From: the human T2T-CHM13v2.0 reference genome, Homo sapiens
DNA: 64,000 nucleotides
Assembly: GCF_009914755.1 (NCBI RefSeq)
Contig: NC_060937.1
Reading direction: 5' to 3' (one strand)
Below are positions 29,440 through 44,649 of this stretch, piece after piece (the stretch's first letter is position 1; the number at the start of each line of letters is the position of its first letter). A program made the position numbers and the translations under genes. The notes below the pieces were generated by a model. It saw only the letters and a list, made by a program, of their open reading frames with translations. It searched no databases and had not been told where the DNA came from.

Positions 29440-29913
<474 letters not shown>

Positions 29914-31027
29914 TCAAAGAACCAAAATCTGATGAGAAGATGCAGCCACCCTGTCGCAGATCCACACTCCATGTGGATACCAAATGGGCCATGCTGGCCA
30001 GTAGGCTGGAAGGTCCACGGTTGGCCCTGCTGTTACTCGCACCAACCTCGTGACCCCTTCTGTGGTCTGCTATGGTGTGTGGCCAGGGGCAAGAGGAATG
30101 CAACAGGCAGTGAGGATGACAGGGGCTCCGCCACCATCTGCAATGGCGTTGACTTGGCCGAGGGTATCGACTGACTTGGCCAACGTGAGCAGACGCTTTC
30201 AGCTTTGCCACCCTAAAGGTGTGTGGTCTTCCCAGCTCAACTGCCCTCACCAAGGCCATCAGCTTCCCTGAGCTCTACGGAGTGGGAGGCTCCAGGCGCC
30301 GCACACATGCTGTCTAACACACGAACACTCACTCTCACCAACTGATTGCACCTTTGGCCGCTTCGGCGGCCGGACACCTTCCTTGGTCTCCACTCAACGG
30401 GAGCCATTTGTAAATAAGGGGGACTTGGCCCGTGCCTTGCCATGGTGCTGGTAAATCGACTTTGTTAGATCTGAGACAAATTTTTGAGGAATTCAATGAC
30501 TTTTAAGTCTTCTTTGATGGCAGGAGGGTGAGTGGGTGGGAGAACCAGAGCTGGGTTAGAACGGGACGCGAGGTGCAGGGAGGCAAGAACTCGGCAGTAC
30601 GAAGTGGGGATGTGCTGTCCAGGGCCCCACGCCCTCTCCCTAAAGGAGCACTCGAGTTGTTTACATCTAAGGTGGGCCCAGCAGTCCACTAGTGAGACGA
30701 CGCCTCCTTCCCCAGAGGGCCATGGGGTGTCTACTGAGAGGGATGCAGCTGTGTGACCCTCAGGCCAGGGCCCGAGTCCTGAGGACACCACCCCGCTACA
30801 GGTGGGTCCTGTTCCCACGCTGAATTCCTCTCAAAATAAGGAGGATTTCCCAGCCCTCCCATCCAGGCCCTGCGCGGGGTCTTCGCAGGACCCAGGGCTC
30901 CCTCTGTCCCCTTCTAAGTGTCTACCTTGATGCCCGGGTACCACTCCCACACCCCACCCTCTCCTGTGTCCACCTCACTTTTCCCAGCTCCACCTTCACA
31001 AAGGCCAGCGTCGGACAGGCTGCTTAC

Positions 31028-31079
31028 CAGCTGGCATCTTCCGCGTTACTGCTTGGGTCTTTCCCTTGATCTTCGGACT
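31028..31079 (-). CDS. C13orf46: C13orf46 exon 2: (E)SEDQGKDPSSNAEDAS(C)
   Basis: Acceptor cctccccag|AG, donor CTG|gtaagc; 52 nt; phases fit. Confidence 0.88.
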
Positions 31080-33916
31080 CTGGGGAGGAAGGACAGAGCC
31101 GTCAGCACCATTACACCGCAGCTACCGGAGCTCAGGACCTGCCCCAAGCCGCCCACAGCCACCCACAGCAGAGCTCAACTCTCAGCCATGGCTACAGCTA
31201 ACTTGAGTTTCTCCCCGACCTGTGCCCATGCCCGGCCCTCCGGTATTTGCTATCGGCACTTTCCACAGCCTGGTGCCAGGGCCTTGAGCCTGGCTCAGCC
31301 CCAGCAGCTCAGCCCACACCTGGGCTCCACCTTCTCCCTGCAGGACTCAGGGTGAGGCATGGCCAGCCGCCTTACAGTAAACACATGAGGCTCCGGGACC
31401 TCTTGAAACTCCTCTTTGTCCTAGCACAGCTGGCTGGAGGTAGCTGAGCGGGAGGGTGGGAGAAGCCCACAAGACCTGCCCATGCCGGCTACTACCCCCA
31501 ACCCAGGCTTCCTCTCACGGACAGGTGGGACTTGAAACCCCACTTGGCTTGTCCAGGAAAATCCACCAATCCCCAGGGTCTCTGGGCTCCCCGAGAGGCA
31601 TTGCGGGATGTTTCTAGCAGTCTTTTTTCGGGACCACTTTATGTCTCGTGAGGATCTTTACCTTGATGTGACAGAGGACAGGGGCCCAGGAACATCAACT
31701 CGGGTGAGCGGTGCTCTGGTGCTCCCGGCAGGAACCCAAGCCTGGCTGTTGGCCACCGGCTTGCACCGAGCACACACTGCTCCCTGGCACACTTGGCTAA
31801 AGGTGTTGACTGACTTGGCCAACGTGAAACATTCCATTCTAGTTAAACACTGAGTTCTCCGTTCCCAGGAGCTTGCAAACCAGCACAGCCTTGTGAGGAA
31901 GTCATGTGGCAGAGGATTCTCCAAGCCCTAGGTGCTCAGGAGAGCCTTGGAGTGAGCGGATTCCAGATCCCACAGGGCCTCCAGCCGCATCGGAGCCGGG
32001 AATGTTTGCGGAGACCCTGGCTTCCCGCAGCTACTCCCTCTTCCCACAACACCCCCTTGGCCCGGGATTCAAATACAACAGGGATGATTCCAAAGCTTTA
32101 AATGATGCTTGTGATGGAAGAGACCAGACCTCCTCCCAGAGCTCGGCAGAGTCACATGGGCCACTCCAGGCAGGTCACTCAGCTCAGCCCACAGGCCCAA
32201 GGGGCAGCTGGGGAATGGGGCTCTTCCAGGGAAATGAGACCAATGGCCGACCACGAGGGGCTGCCCCCAACAGAGAAGCCACGAGTGGGGCCCAGAGGTG
32301 GAGCGCAGAGCCTTTGCAGAATCAACAGGCGTCCAGGGTGCATGTGGGCTCAAGGCAGGGCCTCAGTGGGTCTGGAACCCAGCGGATTCTCACTGTGCTC
32401 TTGCCGGCCTCTCTGGGCTGCCCTCCGTGAGCGCTGGTCTCCTGTGCTCCGCATGGCCCAGGCCCAGACACACCCCACTGGTGCCCCCGTGAAGTCGGCC
32501 ACCCCACGTCTCCCGCATCCCGGAGGCCTCCCTGTGAAGTGGACGCGGCGTCTCACACATCCGGGCACCTGTGGGTGCACGTGGCACTGGGCATGTCATG
32601 GAGCCCACCAAGTCTGCGAGGGGTGAGGAGCTGAGTCCCTGCAGAAACCAAGGTCACGTCGGACTCTACCAGTGGTCAGCAAGGCCCGGCCCTTCTCCTC
32701 GGGTCACAGGGCTGGAAATGCCTCCTGCTCTTCTCCGGCAGAATCTCAGTTGTCTGGGGGCAGCCACAAAGCTCCAGGGAGGATGCGCTCCTGGGCCGTG
32801 GTCTCGAACCCTGAGGGTGCTGGTGCCTGGGGGAGGCTGTGCAGGGTGGACATCTTTGCCAGACAGGACAAGCGGCCACACAGAAGCCCGGCCTCCCTGC
32901 TGCGGCACCTCCCATCGTGCAGTTTTGGGCAAATCCAGCAGGTGTTGAGGGAAATGTCAGCCACAATGGGGCTCAATCCCTCCCTCCATCCGACCCCGGC
33001 CTCTAAGTCCGCACTGTGGTGGCATCGGGCGGCATTATTGGAGATCCGCTCCCCGCCCCAACTTAAATTCCCGCTAAGCAGCCTTGGCGTAACTTATTCT
33101 TTTGAGAACTTTGCACGTCTTGAGGGAACCCCGTGGGGAGGGAGGTAGGGTGCAGCCTCCTAACTACTCACGCCCCCCAAATAGCACATATTTGGATTTT
33201 TAAACTCAGAGAAGAACACATATTTTTACATCATTACCTCTTAAAATTGTCCCCAGGGCTTGAGCAAGCAAACCCCGAGTCCTACCGGGCTGTCTCACTT
33301 CCACGGCCCCGTGGACACCTTTGCGAAGGGGAGGCGGAGCTGCCGAGGCCGCGGGAGGGGAGGGGAGCGCCAGCTCGCAGCTCCGTGTCAGCCCCTCAGC
33401 CCTGTGCTCTGGGCCAGTATTCAAGGTGTGAGGAGGTGACTGCAGCACCATCCCCAGGCCCACACCACCGTCCGTTCGGCACACCTGGAAACATCTCAGA
33501 GTGGCGAGTGTGGACCGACACAGGGGCAGCCTACACGTTTCGCGGTTTAGAAGCCAACCGTGTCAAACACCAGCTACGCAGGTTCCTTGCTGGTGGGTGA
33601 GGCCCAGAGCTCCTGGCAGGGACCCAGGCCCTCACCAGGGCCTTCTTGCAAACGGGGCACCTGGCTATGATCCTCCCTTCAGGCATCGGCTGGCTTCGGA
33701 GGCCCATGAGGGTCCCAGGCCTGCCCTCCTCTCACCCCTCCCGCCCTTGGCTGTGCCCGGCTGGAGCCCCCACAGCTCCGCCCCAGCAGCGCAAGGCCTT
33801 CCCAGCAGCCCTGGGTGGGTTACGGGTGTGGACCTGGAGTGCTCCCCACTTCCACCCTTAGCGTTCCGAGCACAGGGCAGCGGGAGGCAGGAGGCCCGGC
33901 CCGGTCCCTGCTGCCG

Positions 33917-35250
<1,334 letters not shown>

Positions 35251-36577
35251 CAGGGCCTGCAGATGAGACGCCGGTCTCCCTCTGTGACAGGGTATTTGAA
35301 TCTTTCTCTCCCTATCAGGGCAAATGGGACACAGATCAACTCAGGAAGACAAAGGCAGCCCCTGCAGGCAGTGGTGGGGTGCAAATGCTGCCGGCCCAGC
35401 GCCTCTCCCCACCCACACGGCGCCAGGACGAAACCCTGATGTGGCCGGGGCTCCGGCGAGGGCTTTCCGGGCCGACGGTGTGAACTGCACAGGTCAGCGT
35501 GGGTTTGCTGGCACTCCCAGGCAGGCGGCTTAAACAGCGGGAGCTCATTCCCTCCGGTGCTGGGGGCAAGGTGTCTCGCAGCGCTGGTTACCCGAGGCCT
35601 CTCTCCTTGGCGCGAAGATGACGTATTCCGTGTCCTCACGTGGTGGTCCTGTGTGCTGCGTCCTCGTCTCCCCTTCTCATGAGGACGCTGGTCACACTGG
35701 GTCAGGGCCTCGCTTTACCTTGACAATCTCTACAGCTCCACGCCCAAGTGCAGCCACACCCTGAGGTCCTGAGGGTCACAGGGTCACAGCTCCAGCATGA
35801 GGATTTGCCGGGACAGAGTTCAGCCTGTACTGAGCCGAACAGAAAATCCCCGGCACGCTGTCTCCTCCAGCCTCCAGACCACGGTGGGTGGGGAGGCAAC
35901 ATTTTACCTCTTGGGGTTTTTTGGTCGGGCCTGATAATTAAAATCAGCAGATGAGCTGGAGAAAGGCACACGCACTCCAGCACGGTCTGTGTGGCCGGGA
36001 ATGGCCTTTCCTTCCCGAAAGAGGAGGTAACACCCCACGGGGAAGACGCTCTCCAGAGCCAGAAGAAAGCAGCGTTCTTATCCTTGTGGATGGCTGTTTC
36101 AGCTCAAAACAACCCTTACAACAGTGTGGCTTATTTGGGCAGCCCCTTCTGCCCCTTGACAGGCACCTCGCGAGCCGGCGCACCCCCCCGCCCCCAGGAC
36201 CCGCTTCCCGCACCCGGGGCTCCTCAGCCAGGGGGAAGCAGGTGTGACCCCCAGGCTGCAGGCTCCCCTCCTTCTGATCTCTTCTTTTGAAGAGCCCACA
36301 GCCTCTCAGCACCCAGGAGGCCTCAGCTCTCTGGGCAAGTGGTGGGTGCAGGGTGGGGGCCTTGGCCTCACACACGCTCTGGCACTGCCTGGCCTCCTGG
36401 GACGGTTCCTCAGAGGCACCTGCTTTGGACACTCTGATGTCGGGAGCCCCGCGGATGCTGCCAGGATGGGAGAGGAGGCCGCTGTCTCTCTCCAACAAGT
36501 GCTGGGTCGTCTGGAGCAACAAGGGCAAATGGGCGTCACTGGGGTCTCCACAAAGCCACCTGCAGTCTCTTGGTGGG

Positions 36578-37277
36578 TGTATTAGACAGTTTCCATGCTG
36601 CTGATAAAGACATACCTGAGACTGGGTAATTTATAAAGAAGAGGTTGAATGGATTCAGTTCCACATGGCTGGGGAGGCCCTGCGATCATGGTGGAAGGTG
36701 AAAGGCACGTCTTACATGGCAGCAGCAGGAGAGAATGAGACCAAGCAAAAGGAGAAACCCTCATAAAACTTTCACATCGGATCTCGTGGGACTTATACCA
36801 CGAGAACAGTATGGGGGAACCGCCCCATGATTCAATCACCTCCCACCAAGTCCCACCCACCACACAGATTCAATCACCTCCCACCGGGTCCCACCCACCA
36901 CACAGATTCAATCACCTCCCACCGGGTCCCGCCCACCACACAGATTCAATCACCTCCCACCGGGTCCCGCCCACAACACAGATTCAATCACCTCCCACCA
37001 CACAGATTCGATCACCTCCCACCACACAGATTCAATCACCTCCCACCACACAGATTCAATCACCTCCCACCGGGTCCCGCCCACCACACAGATTCAATCA
37101 CCTCCCACCGGGTCCCGCCCACAACACAGATTCAATCACCTCCCACCACAGAGATTCAATCACCTCCCACCACACAGATTCAATCACCTCCCACTGGGTC
37201 CCACCCACCACACATGGGAATTATGGGAGCTGCAACTGAAGATGAGGTTTGGGTGGGGACACAGCCAAACCATATCA
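36578..37277 (-). mobile_element. THE1 (MaLR) solo LTR with an internal tandem expansion
   Basis: Reverse complement starts TGATATGGTTTGGCTGTGTCCCCACCC and ends CTAATACA; TSD gtggg/gtgga. Confidence 0.92.
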
Positions 37278-38049
37278 GTGGAGACGCGCAGGGGCTTCCG
37301 GCCCCCATACACTCCCACCTCCCACTGCCCTGTAGGACTCTCCTGGCTGTTCCAGAAGGGGCTTCCATTCTCCACGTTCCCTGGGGCCTCGTCCTCCTTG
37401 CCCTTCTACTTCCTCTTGGAGGGGCTGACCTTGGCCCTCCTGGGCTGACCCCAGCACAGCTGTGCCCAGAGTGTGAACGGAGCCCCCTGGCTCCCGACAC
37501 TGCCTGAGGCCCTGCCGGGAAGTGTGGCTCCAGGAGGACGGGCTGGCCTCCCGGGGAGGATGCCCCCACCTGCAAGGGTTTGTCCACCACCCATAGCCAC
37601 TCCTGGACTGGGGCAGACCCCACACCTCAGCATGGACTAAGGAGGCCGGCCAGGCTGAACCAAGCCTCACCCTTCCCTGGGAGAAAGGCCTGGGTTGGTG
37701 TCCCCAAAGCCACACCTCCTCATTTTTCTCATACCAGAGCTGACTCACAATAGAATTACCAAAAAAGAGGAATTCAAATGGAGCAAGGAAAGGAATAAAG
37801 AAATGAGGCAACGTATCATGGAGTCTTCACCCAGAGCCCCCCTTAACCCTCTCCTGCCTGGAGGGACAGCAGCCACCTGCCTAGAGGCGCAGTCCGTTCT
37901 CTTCTCCCAGGGCCTCCAAGTGGCCTCCCCCTCTGCATTCCTGGAGATGGCAGCACGTGGTGGTCTGTCTGCCCAGCACTCCTTGAGTGGACACGCCTTT
38001 CCTGAGGTTATCACAGGGCCGGACTCTCACCTGAGGCACCACAGGTGAA

Positions 38050-38340
38050 TGCCACTGTCAGAGCAGCGCTGCCCATCACCAAAGATGTCAACTGTCACCA
38101 GTGATGTCACCTGTCATCAGGGCGGTGCCACCTGTCAGAGCAGCGCTGCCCGTCATGAGGCGTCAACTGTCACCAGCGATGTCACCTGTCACCTGTCAGA
38201 GCAGCGCTGCCTGTCACCAGAGATGTCACTTGGCATCAGCAATGTGACCTGTCATCAGGGCAGTGCCACCTGTCAGAGCAGCATCACCCATCACCAGGGA
38301 CGTCACTTGGCATCAGCAATGTCATCCTGCTCCCCAGGTG
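38050..38340. repeat. Degenerate repeat (gtcacctgtca...gagcagcgctgcc)
   Basis: Several imperfect copies. Confidence 0.7.
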
Positions 38341-38424
38341 CCACCCTCCTCCCTGTACCCCCCACCCCTAATGCCCACATGTGCAATTCCCAGTGGGTAC
38401 CACTGGAAAACCAAGCCAGTCCTC

Positions 38425-39986
38425 AGAAAGAATAAAACATCTGTTTTAATTGGCCAGTAAAATACATTGCAAATCATTAGTATTTTATAAACAGAAACAT
38501 TAAGTTATAAATCCATGTTAAAAATTGCAGCTCAGTGCAGCCCCAACAGCTGTGTGTCCAAAAGTCTATTTTTACAACATTTTCCTCCAGTATTTTTGTG
38601 ACAAGAAAGTTCCTATCTGTCATCTAGATCAAGAGCCTGAACTACAGTATTTTCAAACAAGAACCGGGAGAAGTCGGTACAAGGATACGTCGTGCTGTGT
38701 ATTTAAACGGCGCTTCCCACACACCTGCCGTCTGCATCCCGGGAGGACGCCCTTTGGGAAAGGCCTCCTCGGCAGTGTGAGGTCTGGAGGGGTCTGCCTG
38801 GACCCCATTTTTAGGATGCTCCCCTCCCCAATAAAACAGCAGCCCCCGCCCCTGCCCTGCACAGCATCTGGGGGTTCATAACACAGGTGCAATACTGACC
38901 ATGGGCCCTGGAGGGACGTCTGCACCCCGAAGCCCCTGTACCTCAAACTCAGAGTTTCTTCCCTTCTTTGATTTTCTGGAGGACCTGCAGCTGGCCTTCC
39001 TGAGACAGGCTCCATTCCTGTTCCATTTGCCTTCCCGGCAGCCTTCCCTTTAGTGGGTATAGGTTTTGACGTTCTGAGTTACTTTGTATCAAAGAGCTAA
39101 TTAAAAATGGTCCTTCAAAAACATAAAGAAAAACAGCTTGAAAAATGTACATTTCTATTTTTAAAATCTTCAAACTTCCACGGGGGGTGGCAAATGTTAA
39201 TTCTGATTTTAAACCCCATTCAACAGCAAAACGATGTGGGCTTCAACTGTGGGCTCCGCAGACGCCTGGAGAAGCTGGAGCCCACACCTTTCCCTCCAAG
39301 GGACTCTGTGGACAGAACCCGTATCCCCCAAGCACCAAGGACATCCTCAGACTGGGACTTCTGTGTAATTCTGCACCTCCCAGCCATAAAACTGACCCCT
39401 CAGCCAGGAATCAAACGAACCTCGAAAGTGGAACAGGGAGGCCGCCTCCCATGGCTGCCTGGATGGCAGGCACAGTGGGAGAGTAATGCTCTGAACCTCC
39501 CAATGTGATGAAGCCGAAAGCCGAGGCGGGGCCAGCAGGCCTCCCGGGCACAGAGCCACAGAGCCCAGCGTCACACGCACCGTGCACGCAAGACAGACGT
39601 GCACGAGACTGACGCACACACGGCCGGAGGTGCATGTCACAGTCGACTAGACGGGCCGTGGCTCCCTGAGGCTGGCTGTGGTGTGGCTAGGGCACAGCCC
39701 ACACTTCCTGATCCTTCAGCTGATCCCCAGATCCCCACAAACAAGGAGCAAAAAGCACAGAATCAAATGACGACACGTTCCACAGGGCCAGGTGGGCTTT
39801 CTGCGGAGGGCGTGGCGGTGGTGGCAGCGGTTCTGGGAGAGGGAAACCCCAGCGCCACTTGTCTATGGGCCGGGACGGCGTGCATCTCACTTTGCCGGCT
39901 CTGCGCTCTTCCTTCTCTTCTCCCTCCCAAAGGCTGCAGCTTTGCATGGGCAGCTTGCTGGCGCCACTGGGCGCGTCCCGCAGACT
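38425..39986 (-). other. RASA3: RASA3 3'UTR (~1.55 kb)
   Basis: Follows the stop codon and becomes AT-rich toward a minus-strand ATTAAA; the exact 3' end is inferred. Confidence 0.8.
38445..38450 (-). terminator. Polyadenylation signal ATTAAA (RASA3)
   Basis: tttaat on the plus strand; followed on the minus strand by U-rich GTTTTATTCTTTCT. Confidence 0.7.
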
Positions 39987-40062
39987 TTAAATGGAATGAG
40001 TGGAGGTCTCGGACTGCTGCCGGATGTAGTTCTGGAAGCTCTTGTCTCCGATGGGGTGCTCC
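39987..40062 (-). CDS. RASA3: RASA3 last coding exon: [24 protein letters not shown]
   Basis: Acceptor cttttcag|G; TAA at 39989-39987; phase matches the previous exon (CA+G=Gln). Confidence 0.96.
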
Positions 40063-40489
40063 CTGAAAAGGGGGATGGGAGAGGGAATGAGGCACAGACC
40101 CCGTTGCCTGGTGCTCACCCGTGGCTGCGGGAGCTTTTCCTGTTCCTAAATGTGACACACTCACACTGCAATCCACACAAAAAATAGAGGAGCCAAAGGA
40201 ACCACAGTGCCCCCGGAAGCACCCACGGTGACTCTGATGTGTGTGCACAGGTGGGTCAGGCGTGCAAGTACATGTGCACGTGTGCTCTCCCTGTGGCACG
40301 TGTGTAGCGCATATACATGTGCAGATGTGGAATATGTAGAGTGTATGGCACGTGTGCAGAATGTGCACATCTGCACTGCAAAGAGTGTGCTCATGTGTGG
40401 GGAGCATGAGCTCCAGGGACACAGATCTGTCCCAGTGCTGGGACACTCAGCAGGCGTGGGCACCTCCTCCCCACATGCACACCTCCCTC

Positions 40490-41170
40490 ATACCATGTGT
40501 GTGCACCTCCTGCCATGTGTGTCCACTACCTCCATGTGTGTGCACCTCCTCCTACGTGCCTACCACCTCCATGTGTGCATCTCCTCCCACGTGTGTGCAC
40601 CTCCTTCCACGTGTACCTCCTCCCATGTGTGTGCACCCCTCCGTGTGTACACCTCCCACGTGTGCACCTGTGTGTGCACCTCTGTGTGCCTGTGTGTGCA
40701 CCTCCTCCCATGTGTGTGCACCACCTCCTCCCACGTGCGTGCACCCCTCTCGCATGTGTGCACCTCCTCTGTGTGTACCTCCTGCCACGTGTGTGCACAC
40801 CTCCTCCCACGTGTGTGCACCTCCTCCCACGTGTGTGCACCACCTCCTCCCATGTGTGTGCACCTCCTGCTGTGTGTGCGCCTCCTCCATGTGTGCCTTC
40901 TCCCACATGTGCGCACCTCCTCCCACGTGTGCACCTTCTGCCATGTATGTGCACCTCCTCCGTCTGTGCCTTCTCCCACATGTGTGCACCTCCTGCCATG
41001 TGTGTGCGCCTCCTCCGTGTGTGTGCCTCCTCCCACGTGTGCACCACCTCCTCCCACGTGTTCACCTCCTCCGTGTGTGCACCTCCTGCCATGTGTGTGC
41101 ACCTCCACCCATGTGTGTGCACCTCCTGCCATGTGTGTGCATCTTGTACCATGTGTGCCTCGTGTGCGCC
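40490..41170. repeat. ~20-bp minisatellite (gtgtgcacctcctcccac)
   Basis: Directly visible, in the last RASA3 intron. Confidence 0.93.
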
Positions 41171-42318
41171 TTCTACTACAACAAACAGCATCATGCTTCG
41201 CGCATTTTCAACCTGCTGGCTTTTGGCCATGAGGTTGATGGACCTGCTGATATCAACGAGGCAACATATTTGGAAGGCAAATGGGGCTGTCTCCCCAGAA
41301 GGGTGTCGAGAGGGATCTGATATGATGATGTCAGAGGTGAAGTCACAGCACTCAGGAGGTGTTGCAGGCTCAGTCCCCTGAGCAACTCGGTCCAAGTCCG
41401 GGCCACAGGGACCTGTCACTCTCCTGGAGCCTCACCACTGCCCTTCCCAGACCAGACCCGCATGGTGGAAGGAAGGAGGGGTTAAGAAGGAAGGAAGGGA
41501 AGGAGGGAGAAGAAGGGTGGAGGAGGAGAGAGGGAGGATCGAAGGGAGGGAGGACCAAAGAGAGGAGTGAGCAGGAGGATGGAAGTGAGGAGGAGGCTGT
41601 ACAGCTACACAGGGCTCTAGGGCTTACCCGCCCCTGAATGAGCCCGTGTGGGGGCTTCTGCCATGGTGGACCTGGGTACCCACTGGATGGAGAGAGTGAC
41701 ACAGACACATCTGCTCACTCCAGGCTAAGAGCCAGCCTAGCACTTTACATAGTTTAAGTCAATCTTCCAGCAACTCATGAGGGTCTTACAACCCTCTGTT
41801 CCATGGAGTGAGGGGGAGTGGAGCTTAGCTAAGCGCCACCTAGCCTGCAGCTGGTGACTAAGCTGAACGTACTCAACCTCGCCACACCTGCCTCATGAGA
41901 CAAGAGTGGGTTTCGTCCAGAGCTGGCCCTGCTCCCGGGCACCATGGGTGGCCTGGAGAGATGCCAGAGGGTGTGCCACTGAACCAAGGCAGAACAAGAC
42001 CTGGGCCTAGAGACTGCCAGAGCACGTGACACCAGTATAGCAGAGAGGCTGGGAGGAAGCAGGTCAGGGAGGCAGCCCGGACGCTGGCTGGGGGCCTGGA
42101 GAGCAAAGGCAGCACCTGCTCTGAAGGAGGGACCAGCAGCGCCGGGCCACGTCCACTGACTACCGCCAGGTGCCAGCCCGGTGCAAGTGGGACTCTCCTC
42201 CCAGGCGGACACCTGAGCACGGGCGGCCCCACCCGGGAGCTCCCTGCAGCCCCACCCCCACTGCAATCTCCCGCCCACTACACTGGCCGTCCAGGGCAGG
42301 CACGGGAGTGGCACTCAC

Positions 42319-42502
42319 TGGCTTCCATATTTCGTCTTCTTGAACTTGTCCCTCTTATACTGGGCGTGCTCCTGCTCCAAAGCCCCAACCCCAGCGATGA
42401 CTTGCTTTAGCGTCTTGTAGGTCTCCTGGGGGTCGTCAATGACGAACGTCGAATACTCCTCCTGCTCCGGGCCGTCATACACAGATTTGCTCCCACAGGC
42501 CT
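42319..42502 (-). CDS. RASA3: RASA3 penultimate exon: (E)[19 protein letters not shown]...KKTKYGS(Q)
   Basis: Acceptor ctccacag|AG, donor GCCA|gtgagt; 184 nt. Confidence 0.96.
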
Positions 42503-43304
42503 CTGTGGAGGGCGGAGGGGTCAGCGCAGGGCAGGAGCCCAGGCCACCGGCCCCGTCTCCACACAGCTGCGTCGCTGCAGGCCCCACCCACGGTACACAT
42601 CCTTCCAACGCAAGCTCCTCCAGAAAGGGCTGACCACCACTCGTAAACGCAGACGGAGATAGAAACCATTCCCGCAGGTAGGCGAGTTGTGCCCACACTG
42701 AGCCCAGGGAAAGCCCATTGGGAGCTGGATGCTGAGCAACCTCATTCACCTCTGAGGGCTCTGCTGCCCCCAGCTCCCAGCCTTGTCACCAATCAGCCAT
42801 TCTCACAGGGGGATGTGCACATCTCTGCACGCCCCACCAGCCCGCCCAGCCAGAACCAGGAGGAGAGACACCTGCAGCTGGACGCTGGGCTGGCTCATGG
42901 GCCCTGGGGCAGCCCTGAAGAGTCAGCTGAGGGAGTGAGCACGATGGGGTTCAGCACATTTCACACCCAGCTGCCACTGAGCATGTCCAGCCAGGACAGG
43001 CCTAGCCCAGGGCTGGCCGAGCACAGGGCGGACACCAGTCTGTGCCGCAGCTTCTAAAGACCACTGCCCCGGACCCCACCTACGCACCGGGGCCACCTTC
43101 CTAATCGGACCACATCACTCCTGCTGAAGGCCATTCTGGTGCCTCGCCCCTAGCGGACAGCCATGGAACCCTTGAGCCAGGGCAGGGCCCTGTGCCACCT
43201 GAGTCCAAACACCTGAACCAGGTACACGTCTCTGCCTCACTGCTCACAGCGCCTGGGCACGCACTCCCGGAGCCAGCACCGATGCCCTGCAGCTGTGTCC
43301 ATCT

Positions 43305-44510
43305 GGATGGAATGAATGTTTGTGCCCCCAAATCTGTGGGTTGAAATCCTAACTCTCAAGGGATGGCATCAGGAGACGAGGCCTTTGGGAGGTGACAAGG
43401 CGTGAGGGTGGAACCCTTGTGCAGGGGATGGGCGTCCCTATAGAAGACACCAAGGAAGCTGGCTTGCCTCTTCCACATGTGAGGACACAATGAGACACTG
43501 GCGGGCTGCAGCCCAGAAGAGGACCCGCAGTTAAACCAGCACTGCTACGCCCGGATCTCAAGCTTCTCAGGCCTTCAATCTGGGAAGTGAATTCCTGCTG
43601 TCTGTAACCACCCAGCCTATGGTACAATTTTTACGGCAGCCCAAACTCACCAAGAACTTGGTACTGAGAAGTGGCTGCTGCTGTACCTTCAAATGTGGAC
43701 TGGCTTTGGAACTGGGTGCTGGGCGAAGGCTGAAGGGGTTTGGGGGTGCAGAGCGGAAAAGGCATGGCTGCCATGAATGTCCTTAAAGGACAATGCTGGG
43801 GGCTTGGGAGAGGAGAGCTGCAGAGAAGTCCTGTCTTAGGGGATATCTAAGTAACCCTGAACAGAATGGTGGCATGAGCATGGGTGGCAAGGCTGTTCTA
43901 ACAACATCTCAGACAGAAAGGACGGCCATGCTACTGGACCGTGGAGAAAAAGCCATCCTCGTGACAAAGTGGACCTGTGTTCATGCCCTCGTGTTCTGGG
44001 AGGGTGGAACTCGCGAGTGATGACATCAGACACGTAATTGAGGAGATTTCTAAGCAAAATGCTGTGGGAGCGGCTTGGTTCCTCCTGACTGCTGACAGCA
44101 AAATGGGGGGAGAGAGATGATTTGAAGGTGGAATTGTTGAGCAAAAAGGAACCAGAACTCAAAGGCTGGTTGAGTTAAAAGATTTGAGAATTAAAATTCC
44201 AGCCTACCCATATCTCAAAAAAAATGAGACAGCATGTTTGGAAGAGACCATTAAGCAGGTGGCTGTGTGGCTATCTGATAAGGAGACAAGTGTGGGGCTG
44301 AGCCTTGGACTTGACCAACCATCTCAGCAACAGCCGGGAGCAGAGAAGGAACCGCACCAGCAGAGGCACTGCCAGAAGAAACCAGGAAACAGAGAAAACA
44401 GGATGAAATGAAGGCAGGCTGCGGTGTCTTAAGCCCTACAAGCCAGGCCATAGAGCTATTCAGCTGTGAACATGTGCCATTCTTCAAGACGAGGGAAGAA
44501 GGACCCTGAA
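43305..44510 (+). mobile_element. MLT1 (MaLR) LTR followed by MaLR internal sequence
   Basis: atggaatgaatgtttgtgccccc...gttgaaatcctaac; ends near ttacggcagcccaaact, then ttggtactgagaagtgg...gctttggaactggg. Confidence 0.8.
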
Positions 44511-44649
44511 GCGGGTAGGGCCATCAGAATGCCACTCTCACCCAGAATGAGTCCATGGACCATGTATCAGATGCAAAATTCTCAGCTGGAATATTGATTA
44601 AAAAATAAAACTGGCAATAACTAGAAAAAAAATCGCAATAAGGAATCTG

